Source of the DNA: the human T2T-CHM13v2.0 reference genome, Homo sapiens
NCBI RefSeq assembly: GCF_009914755.1
Contig: NC_060934.1
Reading direction: 5' to 3' (one strand)
Length of the DNA: 64,000 nt
The translations under genes and the position numbers were made by a program. Position 1 is the first letter of the stretch; every line of letters begins with the position of its first letter. Shown here one piece after another: positions 47,060 through 59,194 of the stretch. The notes under the pieces are model-generated. The model worked only from the letters and a program-made list of their open reading frames with translations, was not told where the DNA came from and made no database searches.

Positions 47060-47590
47060 TAAAGTGTGGTCCACAGAGCAGGAGAATCACTACACCTGAG
47101 AGCTGGTGGAAATGTAGATCTCTGACGTTAGCATAGGCTTCCTAAATCAGAAACTGCATTCTAACAAGATCTCCTGGTGCTTCTCATGCACAGTAAAGTT
47201 TAGAAAGTTAGGAGATGCATACAAGTGGTTCTCATCCTGACTGCACTTCAGACACAACTGAGAAACATTAAAAGAAGCTGAGCCTAGGTCACACCCTCCA
47301 CCCAGAGATTCTTAGGTTAATGGTTTAAAGGCTTGGCCTGAACATGAAGAGTTTTAAAAGCACTCTGGGGGATTCTAATAAAAATTCGAGAACCATCCCA
47401 GCATAAGTCAGTACGGTGGCTCCAAAACTGGAGATCACCAGGAGTGCTTGTTAAAACACAGACTGCTGGCTCCAACTCGCGGTTTCTGATCCCTGGGTCT
47501 CGGTTGAGCTCTAAGAACCCTCATGTGTAACAAGTCCCCAGTAACGCTGATGCTGCTGATCCAGGAACCACACTTTGAGAACCACTGGTC
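47060..47590. mobile_element. Tandem MER5-type MITE array (3 copies)
   Basis: aaagtgtggtcc...gcattctaacaagatc; agtggttctca...gattctaat; gtgcttgttaaaacacagactgctgg...cacactttgagaaccactg. Confidence 0.75.
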
Positions 47591-47604
47591 TAATCATTTT
47601 AAAA

Positions 47605-48130
47605 GATGGGCTCCAGAATTGGACTAACCTGAGTCTTGGACCTGCCACTTACTTAGACCCTGAACCTCAGTTTCCCAAACTGTAAACTTGGGCTATGAAT
47701 ATTTACTCATCGAGTTATTGTGAATATTAACTCAGAGAATGACTGTGAGATGCTGGGCATAGTGCCTACTTTTAATAAGCAATCAATAACTGTTCCTTAC
47801 TATCATGATCCTAAGAAGACTCACTCATTCATTCATTCAACAAGTATGAACTATGTGTCAGGCACTGTTCCAGGTACTAGGGACATAGCGAAAAACAAGG
47901 GGGCCACAGTCCCTGCCACATTGCTATCATGGAAGCTGCAGTCCTACCTGTCAGTACAAAGCAGGCTGCGTATGGTGCTCCTATAGCACGAATCCTAACA
48001 GCACAATACAAAGGTCAGAGAGGAATTCATTCCAATGGATGAGAATGGGAAAGCTGCACACAGGAGCTGGAGTCAGAGCTGTGCCTTAATGGGGAGAAGG
48101 ATTACAACCTGCAGAGTCAGGGCAGGAACT
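47605..48130. mobile_element. MIR (+, about 47605-47790) followed by L2 (-, about 47820-48130)
   Basis: cctcagtttcccaaactgtaaa; cattcattcattcaacaagtat...tatgtgtcaggcactgttccaggtactagggac. Confidence 0.7.
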
Positions 48131-49145
48131 TACTCATGACCAGGCACAGGGCAGAGACAGCAAGAAGATGCAGCTAGCAGCCTAGTGGAGCTGGGGCAGG
48201 AAGTACAGGGAAAGGGGAGGCAGGAGGCAGGGCTGTGCATATGGGGATGCCAACCAGGGTCTGCCTCCACTCTCTGGCCAAACCATACTATTTGTGTTTG
48301 TTTAAATCCCAAACACTGAAAATTACTGATGTCAGGAAACTGAAACCAGGCCACAGCTTTCATTCTTGATTATTCTTACCAAATGCAGAGGCCAGTCAAC
48401 AGAAGGTCCAGAGATTCACAGAATCATCCTGACCCTGCCTGAAGGTGGGGCGGGGCTCTTCAGCCAAGCAGGTGGCCTTGGGCCCAGATGCTCCATTGAA
48501 GCAGAGGAACAGAGAGATGCTTGAGACTTCAGCTGAGCCCTGGGTGGGGTAACCATTAAAAGGAAGAGTGGTGTGCTGACCCCATCCACCGCTTCCCTTA
48601 GGAAAATGGTGGCCTACCACCACAACTCTTTGGTCTCATTTGGGTTTCTCTGTAAACTCCAGAAAGCAATAAAGCATGATTCCTAAAAAAGAGGGCTACT
48701 AGGTGGAGGTTATGCAGACCTAATATGTTCCCCTCAGTCACTGCAGCTGCACAGGAAGGGGCACCCAAACCTCAGAGTAAGTTGCGTAAGAACAACAGAC
48801 AACAGGCAAGTCTGTCTAGTAACTCACCTGTTCCCATGAAAAGAAAAAAAAATGTCACTCCATGCAAATGAGGGGTGTGGGAGGGTGTTGAGCTTCAATA
48901 AGGCTCTCCCCAACGGTCTCCTCCCTAACAGGCTGTAAAATAACATGAAGCATGGCCCCAAAGGGCCGTGAATGACCCCTGGAGCAAAGGACTCCAAAAG
49001 GCTCTGCAGAGCTTTTGGCACATCTGAACAGGGGCCCGGATCCCAGCGCACCCTCTTCTGGGCTCTGACTTTGGCAAGTTACTCAACCCCTCAGAGCCTC
49101 AGATTCCTCTTTGGAAATAATAATGGGAATAATAATATGCCCCTT

Positions 49146-49590
49146 TTGGTAGGCAGAACGATGACCCTCAAAGATGTCTGTGTTAATCTTGGGACCTGTG
49201 AATATGGTCATCTACATGCCAGAAGGAAATGAACGCAGCAGGCAAATTAAGGTTGCTGATAGGCTGACCTGGAGATGGGAAGAGTATCCTGGAGTATCCA
49301 GGTGGGCCCAATGTAATCACAAGAGTCCTTAAAAGTAGAAGAAGGAGGCAAAGAAGAGATGGCAGGAAGCAAGATCAGAGTGATGCAAGGTGGGGATGCA
49401 CCCTTAGTTGCTGGCTGTGAAGGTGGAGAAAGGGGCCATGAGCCAAGGGGTGTAGGTGGCCTCTAGAAGCTGGAAAAGGCAAGGACATGGAATCTTCCCT
49501 AGAGCCTCTGGAGAGACCCATGTTGGACTTCTCACCCACAGAACTGCTTGGAAATAGAAAACTTCTACACCATTTTGCAAGGTTGTGAGG
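49146..49590 (+). mobile_element. MaLR solo LTR, MLT1D/E-like
   Basis: ggtaggcagaacgatgaccc..aaagatgtc...ccaggtgggcccaatgtaatcacaag...ggcctctagaagctggaaaaggcaagga. Confidence 0.85.
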
Positions 49591-49613
49591 CTGATGCTTG
49601 GCACTCAGCAAGG

Positions 49614-49908
49614 CCTCTCTCTTTCTTCCTTCCTTCCTTTCTTCCTTCCTTCTTTCCTTTCTTCCTTCCTTCTTTCCTTCCTTCTTTCTTTTCTTTCCTT
49701 CCTTTTATTTTCCTTCCTTCCTTTCTTCCTTCCTTTCCTTCCTTGCTTCCTTTCTTCCTTCCTTCACTTTCTTCCTTCTTTCCTTCCTTCCTTCTTTCCT
49801 CTTTCCTTCCTTCCTTCTTTCCTTTTCTTTTCCTTCCTCTTTCTCTGTTTCTCTTTCTCTCTTTCTGACTTTCTTTCTTTTCTTTTCTTTTCTTTTTTCT
49901 TTTCTTTA
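49614..49908 (+). repeat. ~290-bp (CTTC)/(CTTT) polypyrimidine microsatellite, followed by a short antisense Alu fragment (about 49909-49990)
   Basis: Direct reading; then cagggtcttactatgttgcccaggttggtctcaaac. Confidence 0.92.
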
Positions 49909-50776
49909 GCAGGGTCTTACTATGTTGCCCAGGTTGGTCTCAAACACCTGAGCTCAGGGGTCCTCCTGCCTCATCCTCCCCAGTAGCAAGGCCACTTTCT
50001 TCTCTAGGCTGTTATTAGCTTCTGTGGGTACACACCATGCTCCACACATACTAGGCTTCATTCTCCCTGTCTTAGCCCATCATTGCAGCCTCCACTGAGC
50101 CCCAGCCTCTCACAGAAGCCTATCCTCATTCTCCCACCCACATGAGCTCTCACTCCTCTGAACTCCCATGGCCTTTACAGCCTGTACCTTGCAATTACGG
50201 GCTTAATTATATAGTGGGTAGTGTTACCTGCTGTCACTGCATGTGTGTTTATTTTGGTTCCAAAATGAGATTGAAACTTTAGTCTCAAACAGGAACAATG
50301 TTTTGTCCTTTTGTTGTTGTTGTTTTTAAGCACCTGTGCTTTTTTTATATAATCCTGTTTTTATTGCCTTCTGACACAAAAAAAGGACTATTTTGGGCAT
50401 ATATTTATAAGCAGATACCCTACATCATTGCAACTGCCCTGTGATTGGGCATTAACTCATTTTTCTATTTTCTAGCAGAGTTTACTGAAGGTTTTAAGGT
50501 TTAAGGTCTAAGGCCAGTTCTGATACAGACAATAGAATCAAGTTTATAGTTTTCCAATCATGGTTCCAATGACCATGGTCCCTTATCATATGCCGATTTC
50601 ATCAGTCAAAGAACAGGGGATGGTGTTGGAAATCACAGTACCAGTAGGATACAGGGTGGCCCGGCATGTGTTCCTCTCATCCCAGTGCTGAGCACACAGT
50701 AGGTAATAAAAATGGGCTAGAAAACTGGCTGGTGAGTGCATCATTACTTTCCTCCTACTCCCTTCTTTAAATCCTA

Positions 50777-51215
<439 letters not shown>

Positions 51216-51469
51216 TCAAATCTCAAAATAAGATAAAGCTCTCATTTCAAGGTGCATTTATTTTAGTGAGGTTTGGATTTGTAAGGGAAACAAAATGAAT
51301 AAGTTGGTGGGTGGGGACAGGAATTAAAATAAGCAGCGTCTTGCTGCTTGCCGACATGACTGTCCTCACATCCGCTGCCTTATTTTTTATTCTGTTCTGG
51401 TTTGTTTTCTCCTGCGGTGCTTTAAAATATGATGGGTAGGTTAGAAAGAGAGACCGAGGTAATCCTGGC

Positions 51470-52270
51470 TTCTGTTCATTAAGCTCGTATGAAGTACGTG
51501 CTGTGCTACTCACATTACCTCGGTGAATCCCTATGAGGTGGGTGCTGTAATTAGCCCATTGTACAGGTGAGATAACTGAGCCTGAGGCAGATAAAATGCT
51601 CATGCTGAGCGACCCATCAGCAAACAGTTTAGCCAAGATGTGGACTGAGTTGGTGGAGCTCAGAGCTGAGCTTTAATCTACTCTGCGCCAATATCCGGGG
51701 TGTTCTTAAGCCCCAGTCTCTCTGTCCCAGATGGAGCAGGTCGGATCTCCAAGCTGCTGAGGGGCACTAGGACTCGGGAGACACCAGGCTAGCTCTGCAT
51801 TCTTCTGGTCCTCCTGGCATTTCTAGAAACTGGAGGTGGGCAAGGAGGAGGGGGAAAGAGGAGCCAGGAGAACACGGAGTCTTAAATAAGATCTCTTCCC
51901 TCTCTTCCTGCCTGGAGTGAAGCCCTTTATGAGTAAGCACCGATGGAGGGATGCCAACACAACACAGCAAAACTAGCCCTGTCATTCCCAACCCAGGCCT
52001 CACAACTCCAAATCATTCAAGGGGTAAGGACACAGAAAGAAGAGCAGAGGAAGAGTGTGGACATAAAGTCAGACCACATACTGGGGAATGCACCCCTCCC
52101 ACCACTCCCAGGAGATGTGACCTTGGACAAGATAATCTCTCTTAGCCTCAGTTTCTTCATCTGTAAATGGGGAAATGACAAGTCCTGCCTCATAGGTTTG
52201 CTCTGAGGATTAAGTGAGTCCGTGTCTGTGAGGGGCTTTCCAGAGTGCCCATCACACAGTAGGAGCTGAC
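51470..52270. mobile_element. Two MIRs (- at about 51470-51690, + at about 52060-52270)
   Basis: cccattgtacaggtgagataactgag; gtgaccttggacaag...cctcagtttcttcatctgtaaatgggg. Confidence 0.75.
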
Positions 52271-54108
52271 TACATAGTAGTGTCTCTATGAGTACACCGT
52301 TACATGCACTAGGATGATCTGCACAATGAATATATTCTGTACTATACAACACGCAATCATATGCCGACAATTGAAAACTAAACACGGTGTGGGGAGCGTT
52401 CTGGGACAGGTAAGGGCAGGGACCCTGCATTCACTCTGGTTTTTATCTCCCACAGAGCCAGCTACCGCACAGTCCTGTACCCTCAGCAGGGCCAGGAAAG
52501 TTTGTGCAGGAGAATGGGGATAGACTTCGGTTTCCTGCATCTTATCCCAAACCTCAGCCAGAAAAGGCAGCACCCTTCCACTTTCCAGGAGAAGGGCAGC
52601 CATGCCTGAAATGCCCCTATTTAATGGGATTATTTCTTCTCCTTTATAAGTCATATCTCATGGGAATGTTCATTTTCTCTCTGGAAGCTCATTGGTACAA
52701 TGGTTGTTTCACAATGTAATAACCCATGTATTAAGTCAGATGAGAACCTCCTTGAAATATTATTGTACTGAATTCTCTTCCATAACAGGGAGATCAGTTT
52801 TAGATTTCACCCAAGGAGATTTCGCTACCAAAGAACCTAAAGCATTTCATTAAAGGTGCTTTCTCCTACAAGAGGAAAGAGGTTTTTTTATTTTTGTTAT
52901 TATTATTTCATATCCCAAAAGGTTATTGTTCTATGTGTTCAATTTCAATAGTACTTATGCTTCCTAACCATACCGTATCATTTACTTCCTTATTAGGTTC
53001 AGTGTTTCCTGCTTTCCCAACACTGCAGTATAGGAGGGTAGGGGGATAGGACTCTATTTCTTCACTGTTGTTTCCCAATCATCTGGAATGGTACCTGACA
53101 TATAGTAGATGCTCAATAAATATTAATATACAAATGGAAGCACATTTAGAGCACATTTCTTTTGGAAAGCGACCACAGTTGATACAAAGATGTATCTCAT
53201 TAGAAATTCATTTCCACCTCTTTTATTTCCTATTCAATTTTTTTCACCCCCATTCTGTGTTTGTGCCAATAGATTTTTTATGAGATCACAACATATCTCC
53301 AAAAATCAGAATTAAATCATCCACAGGAAGGCTATGGATTTCAAAGCATACCAGAACTCCTGGCCCTAAAATGCTTCAGGGAACGTGTCACTCACCACAA
53401 GGAAGCTGGGCTCCACACTTTTACCGGGGGCATGTTCTGCTCACTGCAGAGGAGGATGTCTCCACCACAGTCACCAGGGAGCCCTTCCATCACCCAGGCC
53501 CACAGGGGACCAAGAGACAATGGACACTGGCAGAAAGTGCAGATTCATGAAGTGTGAGGACTAGAAGGTAATTTCATTTAAACCCCCATTCTTCAGATGA
53601 GAAAACTGAGGATCCAGAAAAGCAAAGTGGTTGTTCGAGTGCACAGGGTAATTAAGCACAGCTCAGTGAAGAAGGCAGATCCCACCTCTCCCCTTCCCCA
53701 TCGATTTCCCTGTGTGTGCATGGGTATGTGTTTGAACTCTTAGCAACAAGATGTTTTAAAAGGAGTCCCTGTTAACAACTCATCCATAATTTTGACTCAG
53801 GGGTGCTGCTGATAGAATTCTACTAGCTTCCCTGTCCACCCCAATGACCTAGATCCCAAATTTCCCATTAATGACCCAAGAACCTTAAAGACTTTCTGAG
53901 CTAAAAGATTCTTCGAAGTCATCTAGCCAAATCTTTATCTTACAGATGAAAAACAACAGGCTAGGTAAAGAAAATTGAGCTCCCAGGTCACAAAGCCAGT
54001 TAGCAGTGAAGCTACAGCAGCTGGGACTGCTGGCACCCAGGGCCACGTAAGTTACACTGAGGACACTTCTCAGATTTGTGTGTGACTCTACTAGCCTCAT
54101 CAGGATAA

Positions 54109-54171
54109 GGAGAAAATAAGGAGGAATCAGGATACGATACGGAGAAAATAAGGAGGAATCAGGATACGATA
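54109..54171. repeat. 32-bp tandem duplication (2 copies)
   Basis: ggagaaaataaggaggaatcaggatacgata at 54109 and 54141; 31/31 identical. Confidence 0.95.
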
Positions 54172-55803
54172 AGCAAAAAATCCAGTCTAACCAAGCATAT
54201 CTCAGGTCCAAAACAAAAACTTTTCCTTAGAGCAAGAGAATATAATTCTAATGAGAAAACTGTAGCAAAAGAAATCTTTTTAGGATATGGACACATACAT
54301 ATATATATATATGCATGCACACGTGTATGTGCATATAATATAGAGATTACCACACATACTATATTAAGAAGATGCTTATTTTTTAAAAAAATACTTGACA
54401 CTAGGTATATAATAAATTCCCAGTGCTAGCAATGGCATCAAAATGGATTGCTAGCGGAAGCCTATCTTGACACAACATTTTTTAAGTTATCCATCAATGT
54501 CTGCACAAAAGAAAATACACATATTCTTTGAACCAGCAGTTCCTCTTCCAGGAACCTGGAACTATTGATAGAATTAGAATTATACAAATATATGAATAAC
54601 AGTGTTTATTAAACCATTGTTTCTAGCAGCAATAAAAGGAAAAGGAAAACATTCAGGTGGTCTATCATTAGGGTTATGGCTGAATATACTGCGATACAAA
54701 CAAATTATGGAATTTTATGCAACTCTTACAAAATGAGTTATCACAGAGCTGACGGAATGTCCATCATGATTAGTTAGGAAGCCAAATTGTGGTGCAATGT
54801 AATTATTTGAAACAATTTCTTATACAAACACCACCATCTCTAAAACACTATCATGTGTGCACATGTGAAGGCCTGGGAACCGTGGGTGTCTAAAGGAGGA
54901 GGCAGTGATGGAGGCAAGGGGAAAAGATGATGAATGCTCTCTTCACACATCTTTGTTTTCATTGATTACAATGCATGCATATTACTTTTTAAATAATTAA
55001 GCCAAAAATCCTAAAAATAAGGACAGAAGGAACCCACAAATAGTCCTCCAGGTTCTGTTTCGGCCTGCCTTCTTCCCTAGTAGACCCCATGACAGCAGGA
55101 ATACTCTGAATTCAGGGAAAAAATGAAATCAACGCAGCAATGAGAAACTTGAAGCTGTCTCTCTAAGCCCTGGGCTTCCATGACTATCCTCTGGTCAAGT
55201 TACTTTCTCCACTAAAGTGTTCTAGTCCTGGTCCAGGAGGTGCCCTGTACAGTACAGCCCAGCAGCACTCTCCCCTTAACACAGAAAGGGACCTCAGTCT
55301 CCTGTAAGGTGAGAGATGACTCAAGAAGCTTCATCTCTCCCTGCCCTACAAAGAACCTTGTACCTATAAATAGACCATGCAGAACCCACTTTTTGGAAGC
55401 AGACCAAAGCTAACTTTGGCAGGCAGGCCTCTGGGGTACCTGAGCCAGCCACTCGGAAAGTTGGCCTTACCCCCATGGGCTTCTTAATCCAGTCCTGACT
55501 CTAAGTTCCTGAATGAAAAGTGACAGAACCATGAACATAAAGGCCCTGGCTGTGACAGTGATGACCACTAGGCTTTGACAATGATAAAACTGCACTGCCT
55601 GAAGCGCAAACTGTGCAAACCCTTTGGGGCTAGTGCTCCAAAGAGAGCTGCCACCATCAACTTCTAAAACTCCAAGAGCCCGTTGTTCACATTAATACAT
55701 ACAACATTGTTTGTAGGGAGACAGCCCCCTCATCCACTGCAAATTCTGTCCTTCAGCCATGACTCAGGAACCAGGAAGGAGAAGGAAAGAGAGGCTGACT
55801 TAC

Positions 55804-55915
55804 CAAGCCAACTTCTGTTTAAGTACACAGACACAAACACGGGGGGCACCGTGAAGAAATCCACTACAGAGTTCACTTCCAGCCAGAACCACAATTTATC
55901 GTTGGCTGCAATAAA
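55804..55915 (-). CDS. KCNMA1: KCNMA1 internal coding exon, exon 5 in usual numbering: S2-S3 loop and S3 helix
   Basis: Minus strand reads [37 protein letters not shown] + G (111+1=112 nt) and continues in phase 0 from the previous exon. Contains N172, D186 and W203. Acceptor ttcttatttcttctttcccccag; donor TTG|gtaagt; ends in phase 1. Confidence 0.98.
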
Positions 55916-56018
55916 CTGGGGGAAAGAAGAAATAAGAAAGAGAAAAAACATGAGAAGCATGGTGCTGGCATCCAATGTACACTCTTTTGTCAAAGGGTAA
56001 GTTTTGAGTTTTCATAGG

Positions 56019-56169
56019 GCCACCACGCCCGGCTAATTTTTGTATTTTTAGTAAAGATGGGATTTCACCATGTTGGCCAGGCTGGTCTCGAGCTCCTGAC
56101 ATCAGGTGATCCACTCGCCTCAGCCTCCCAAAGTGCTGGGATTACAGGCATGAGTCACTGCACTCGGCC
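56019..56169 (-). mobile_element. Half Alu (left arm and linker), apparently a local copy of the Alu at 56598-56900
   Basis: Followed by the same 22-bp flank tatttctatttaatttttaagg as the full Alu. Confidence 0.9.
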
Positions 56170-56437
56170 TATTTCTATTTAATTTTTAAGGTCTGGAGGG
56201 AGACATTATGTCCTTCTCATATCTACACAAAGCACATGCTTTTATGATTGGACACACACGTTTTCTAGTGCCCCATAGAGAGCCCTATATAGACTAACTA
56301 TATGCTATGCTAGTCTTAAGAGAAAGATCAGGCAGTGTATTTTTCTGTGGTTCCCAACAGCTTCATAGGGAAGATTGGGTGATTTTACTTGTATTAGACT
56401 CATTCATGTAAATATAACTATAAATAAAGCACATATG

Positions 56438-56445
<8 letters not shown>

Positions 56446-56473
<28 letters not shown>
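56446..56473. repeat. (CA)14 microsatellite; reads (UG)14 in the KCNMA1 pre-mRNA
   Basis: Direct reading. Confidence 0.95.
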
Positions 56474-56477
<4 letters not shown>

Positions 56478-56549
56478 TCCATCCATCTACTCTCCTCACC
56501 TTCCTTTCATTCATACTCACAACTGCTCTCTCAGGGCTCAGCTAAGTGA

Positions 56550-56900
<351 letters not shown>

Positions 56901-57205
56901 TATTTCTATTTAATTTTTAAGGGAACAGGGCATTATGTGAATAGAGAGATGAGAAACAATCCACCGGTGGATACATCATCATTTTTCTTCAATCCCTATT
57001 TCTCCCCCTTGAAACAAAACTGATGTGAATTCCAGAAAATGCTTAGCTAAGGAGAGGGCTCTCTCTCAGACTGAAAATCAGAATGCGGGTGCGCTGTTTC
57101 TCCTGGAAATATCTTGACTGCGAGAGCAGAGGCTGAGGGGGATGATCCCTGGGTCCCAGACTGAAACACCCCATTGTGATACTGAACAATGTTGCACAAA
57201 CTTAC

Positions 57206-57299
57206 CCGCAAGCCGAAGTAGAGAAGGAAGAACACGTTGAAAGCCATGTCGATCTGTAATGTGAAATCTTTGTAGAAATTCTGGCAGGATTCTATTGGG
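57206..57299 (-). CDS. KCNMA1: KCNMA1 (Slo1/BK alpha) internal coding exon, exon 4 in usual numbering: S1-S2 linker and S2 helix
   Basis: Minus strand reads C + [31 protein letters not shown] (1+93=94 nt), the known Slo1 sequence including D153 and R167 (MDAL-start numbering). Acceptor cttgctttttcttcttcctgtctaatag (AG at 57300-57301); donor CGG|gtaagt (GT at 57204-57205). Confidence 0.98.
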
Positions 57300-59159
57300 C
57301 TATTAGACAGGAAGAAGAAAAAGCAAGAGGTAAATGACAGGTAGTATCATCCTGTCTCCCACGATGCTGAGAAGTGGTAGTGCTTAGAGTAGACGATGAA
57401 ATGAATATTCATAAAAGAAAACATTTGGTCTTTCTGCCTCCTGGGATCATCAAGCAAGCATTGCCAAGGGGTCTTTCCATTCAACCATTCAGGAACTACT
57501 GTTCTTTTATTTATTGTTTTCGAAATTATTATATACTATCATTTTTTATCATCATTCAGCAGTTGAACTAAGAATCTAAAGAGGATCATGCAGATACCCT
57601 GGAGGAAGGACAAGCAGGAGAGGCCTCCAAATTCCTTAATTTCATATTAACCCTTAAAGAACTTCTTTCTTTCTTTGAGAGGACACATACTAAAGCTAAA
57701 ACACAGTTCCTCATGCCCTCCAACGCATTGGCAGTGGGGCCTGTTTTCAATTAAACACAGTGGTTGTGTTTTGGACCTTTTAAAAACCATTAGTTGATTA
57801 ATAAATTCAGGACCCAGGAGCATCTCAAGAAAGCTAGAGAGGAGAGGATCCTGGGTGAGGTTCTGGCTAGATTAAGCACAGACTTTCTGTGCAGGACTCG
57901 GATCTGGGGAAAGAAGCATTGTCCGACCAGTCAAATTCAGACCATTAAACCAAAAGGTTGAAGCAGTACTCTAAGGGTTAATTTTTTTTTTTTTTGGCAT
58001 GCATGCTAATTGACTTGGTGTGTGTGTCGAGCAGCCAATGCAAACCCCTAGCACACTCTACTTCAAGAGTCGCCAGTTCAAAAGGGTACTACTATACAAA
58101 CTGGTACAAGACTTCTGTGTGCTTTCCTGTGTCAAACTGATCAGAGGATCAGTGTGTGGAAAGTCCCAAGGTTTGGGCTGGGTGGGAAGTAGGAAAGCCT
58201 CATAAACACTCAAAGCTGTGAATGGAAATTCACATAGTATTCTGTGATCAGTAGGTAAATAGTAACACCCAGGCCAGGAACGTGAAGGTGAAGTGAGGTG
58301 AGGGAAAGGAGACAGAATACCAAGAGAAGCAAAACACTTTAGCTAAAGGGAAGCGACAGACCTCCTCCCTCCAGGAGAGGGCCAGCTTGAGAAATGGAAG
58401 ATGAAGGATTTCCTAGTAGTGCCACTTTGGAAATCACTGTGTGCAATACCAGTTAGTATAGTTGCACTTCTGTAAGGACAACGCTTGGCTGTTCAACAGG
58501 CAGGAATCTGTGCAGTAGAGGAACTCGGGGCCCACTTAGAGGCAGGGTAAGTTAGTCTGTGGGAATCTCCGATCATGTTCCATGCACTGGATTTATCCAT
58601 TCTTCATCTCTGCTACAAGTCAAACATGCCCTATATCATCTCCCAAATCACATGGAAAAATCTCCAGACAAGCATTAAGAGTAACCTTTATTTGCATTCA
58701 CAAACTAGGTGGACTGAACAAAAAACAACACTGAAAAACAGTTCAAAAAAAAACAAAAAACAAAAAAAAACGACAATTGCCAGGTTTTCACTAAGGTAGG
58801 GAATTGGGTAGAAAGACAGCATGGAATTTGGTTAGTCCAATGCTGAAAGGAGACACAAGCAAGGAAGCCAAATATCACAGCCTGCCATGGCTCTAGGCCT
58901 GCTCTCCTACACAGGTACTAATTTCGATGAAAAAAGGAAAATCCAGGCTACAGTGAATCGGTGATACTTCTGCAATTCTCAGGCCATGGGGGTGCTTGTT
59001 TTTGTTTCAAAAACAAGACCCAAAGGTCCATGGGTGTCAGAGTTCCCAGCCACTCTAGTTGCAGTGAAAAATGTACAGGAACTAGGTTGACCAGAAATCC
59101 TATAGACTCCAGGGTTGAAGAGACAATGCATCTCTGCAGGATACGTTACTAAAGAGTAA

Positions 59160-59160
<1 letters not shown>

Positions 59161-59192
<32 letters not shown>
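59161..59192. repeat. (TG)16 microsatellite
   Basis: Direct reading. Confidence 0.95.

Positions 59193-59194
<2 letters not shown>

Noticed and set aside
49548-49986. F/L/S/P-rich hydrophobic ORFs; also the S-rich and K/R/E-rich ORFs at 38916-39215 and 23484-23684
   Set aside because: Translations of (CTTC)/(CTTT)/(GAG) simple repeats.
55730-55993. 87-aa ORF extending the S3 exon on both sides
   Set aside because: The flanks are the polypyrimidine tract and post-donor intron; only 55804-55915 is Slo1.
57047-57205. C-terminal part of ORF 57047-57247 (VSLCNIVQ...)
   Set aside because: Read-through past the gtaagt donor into intron; only 57206-57299 matches Slo1.
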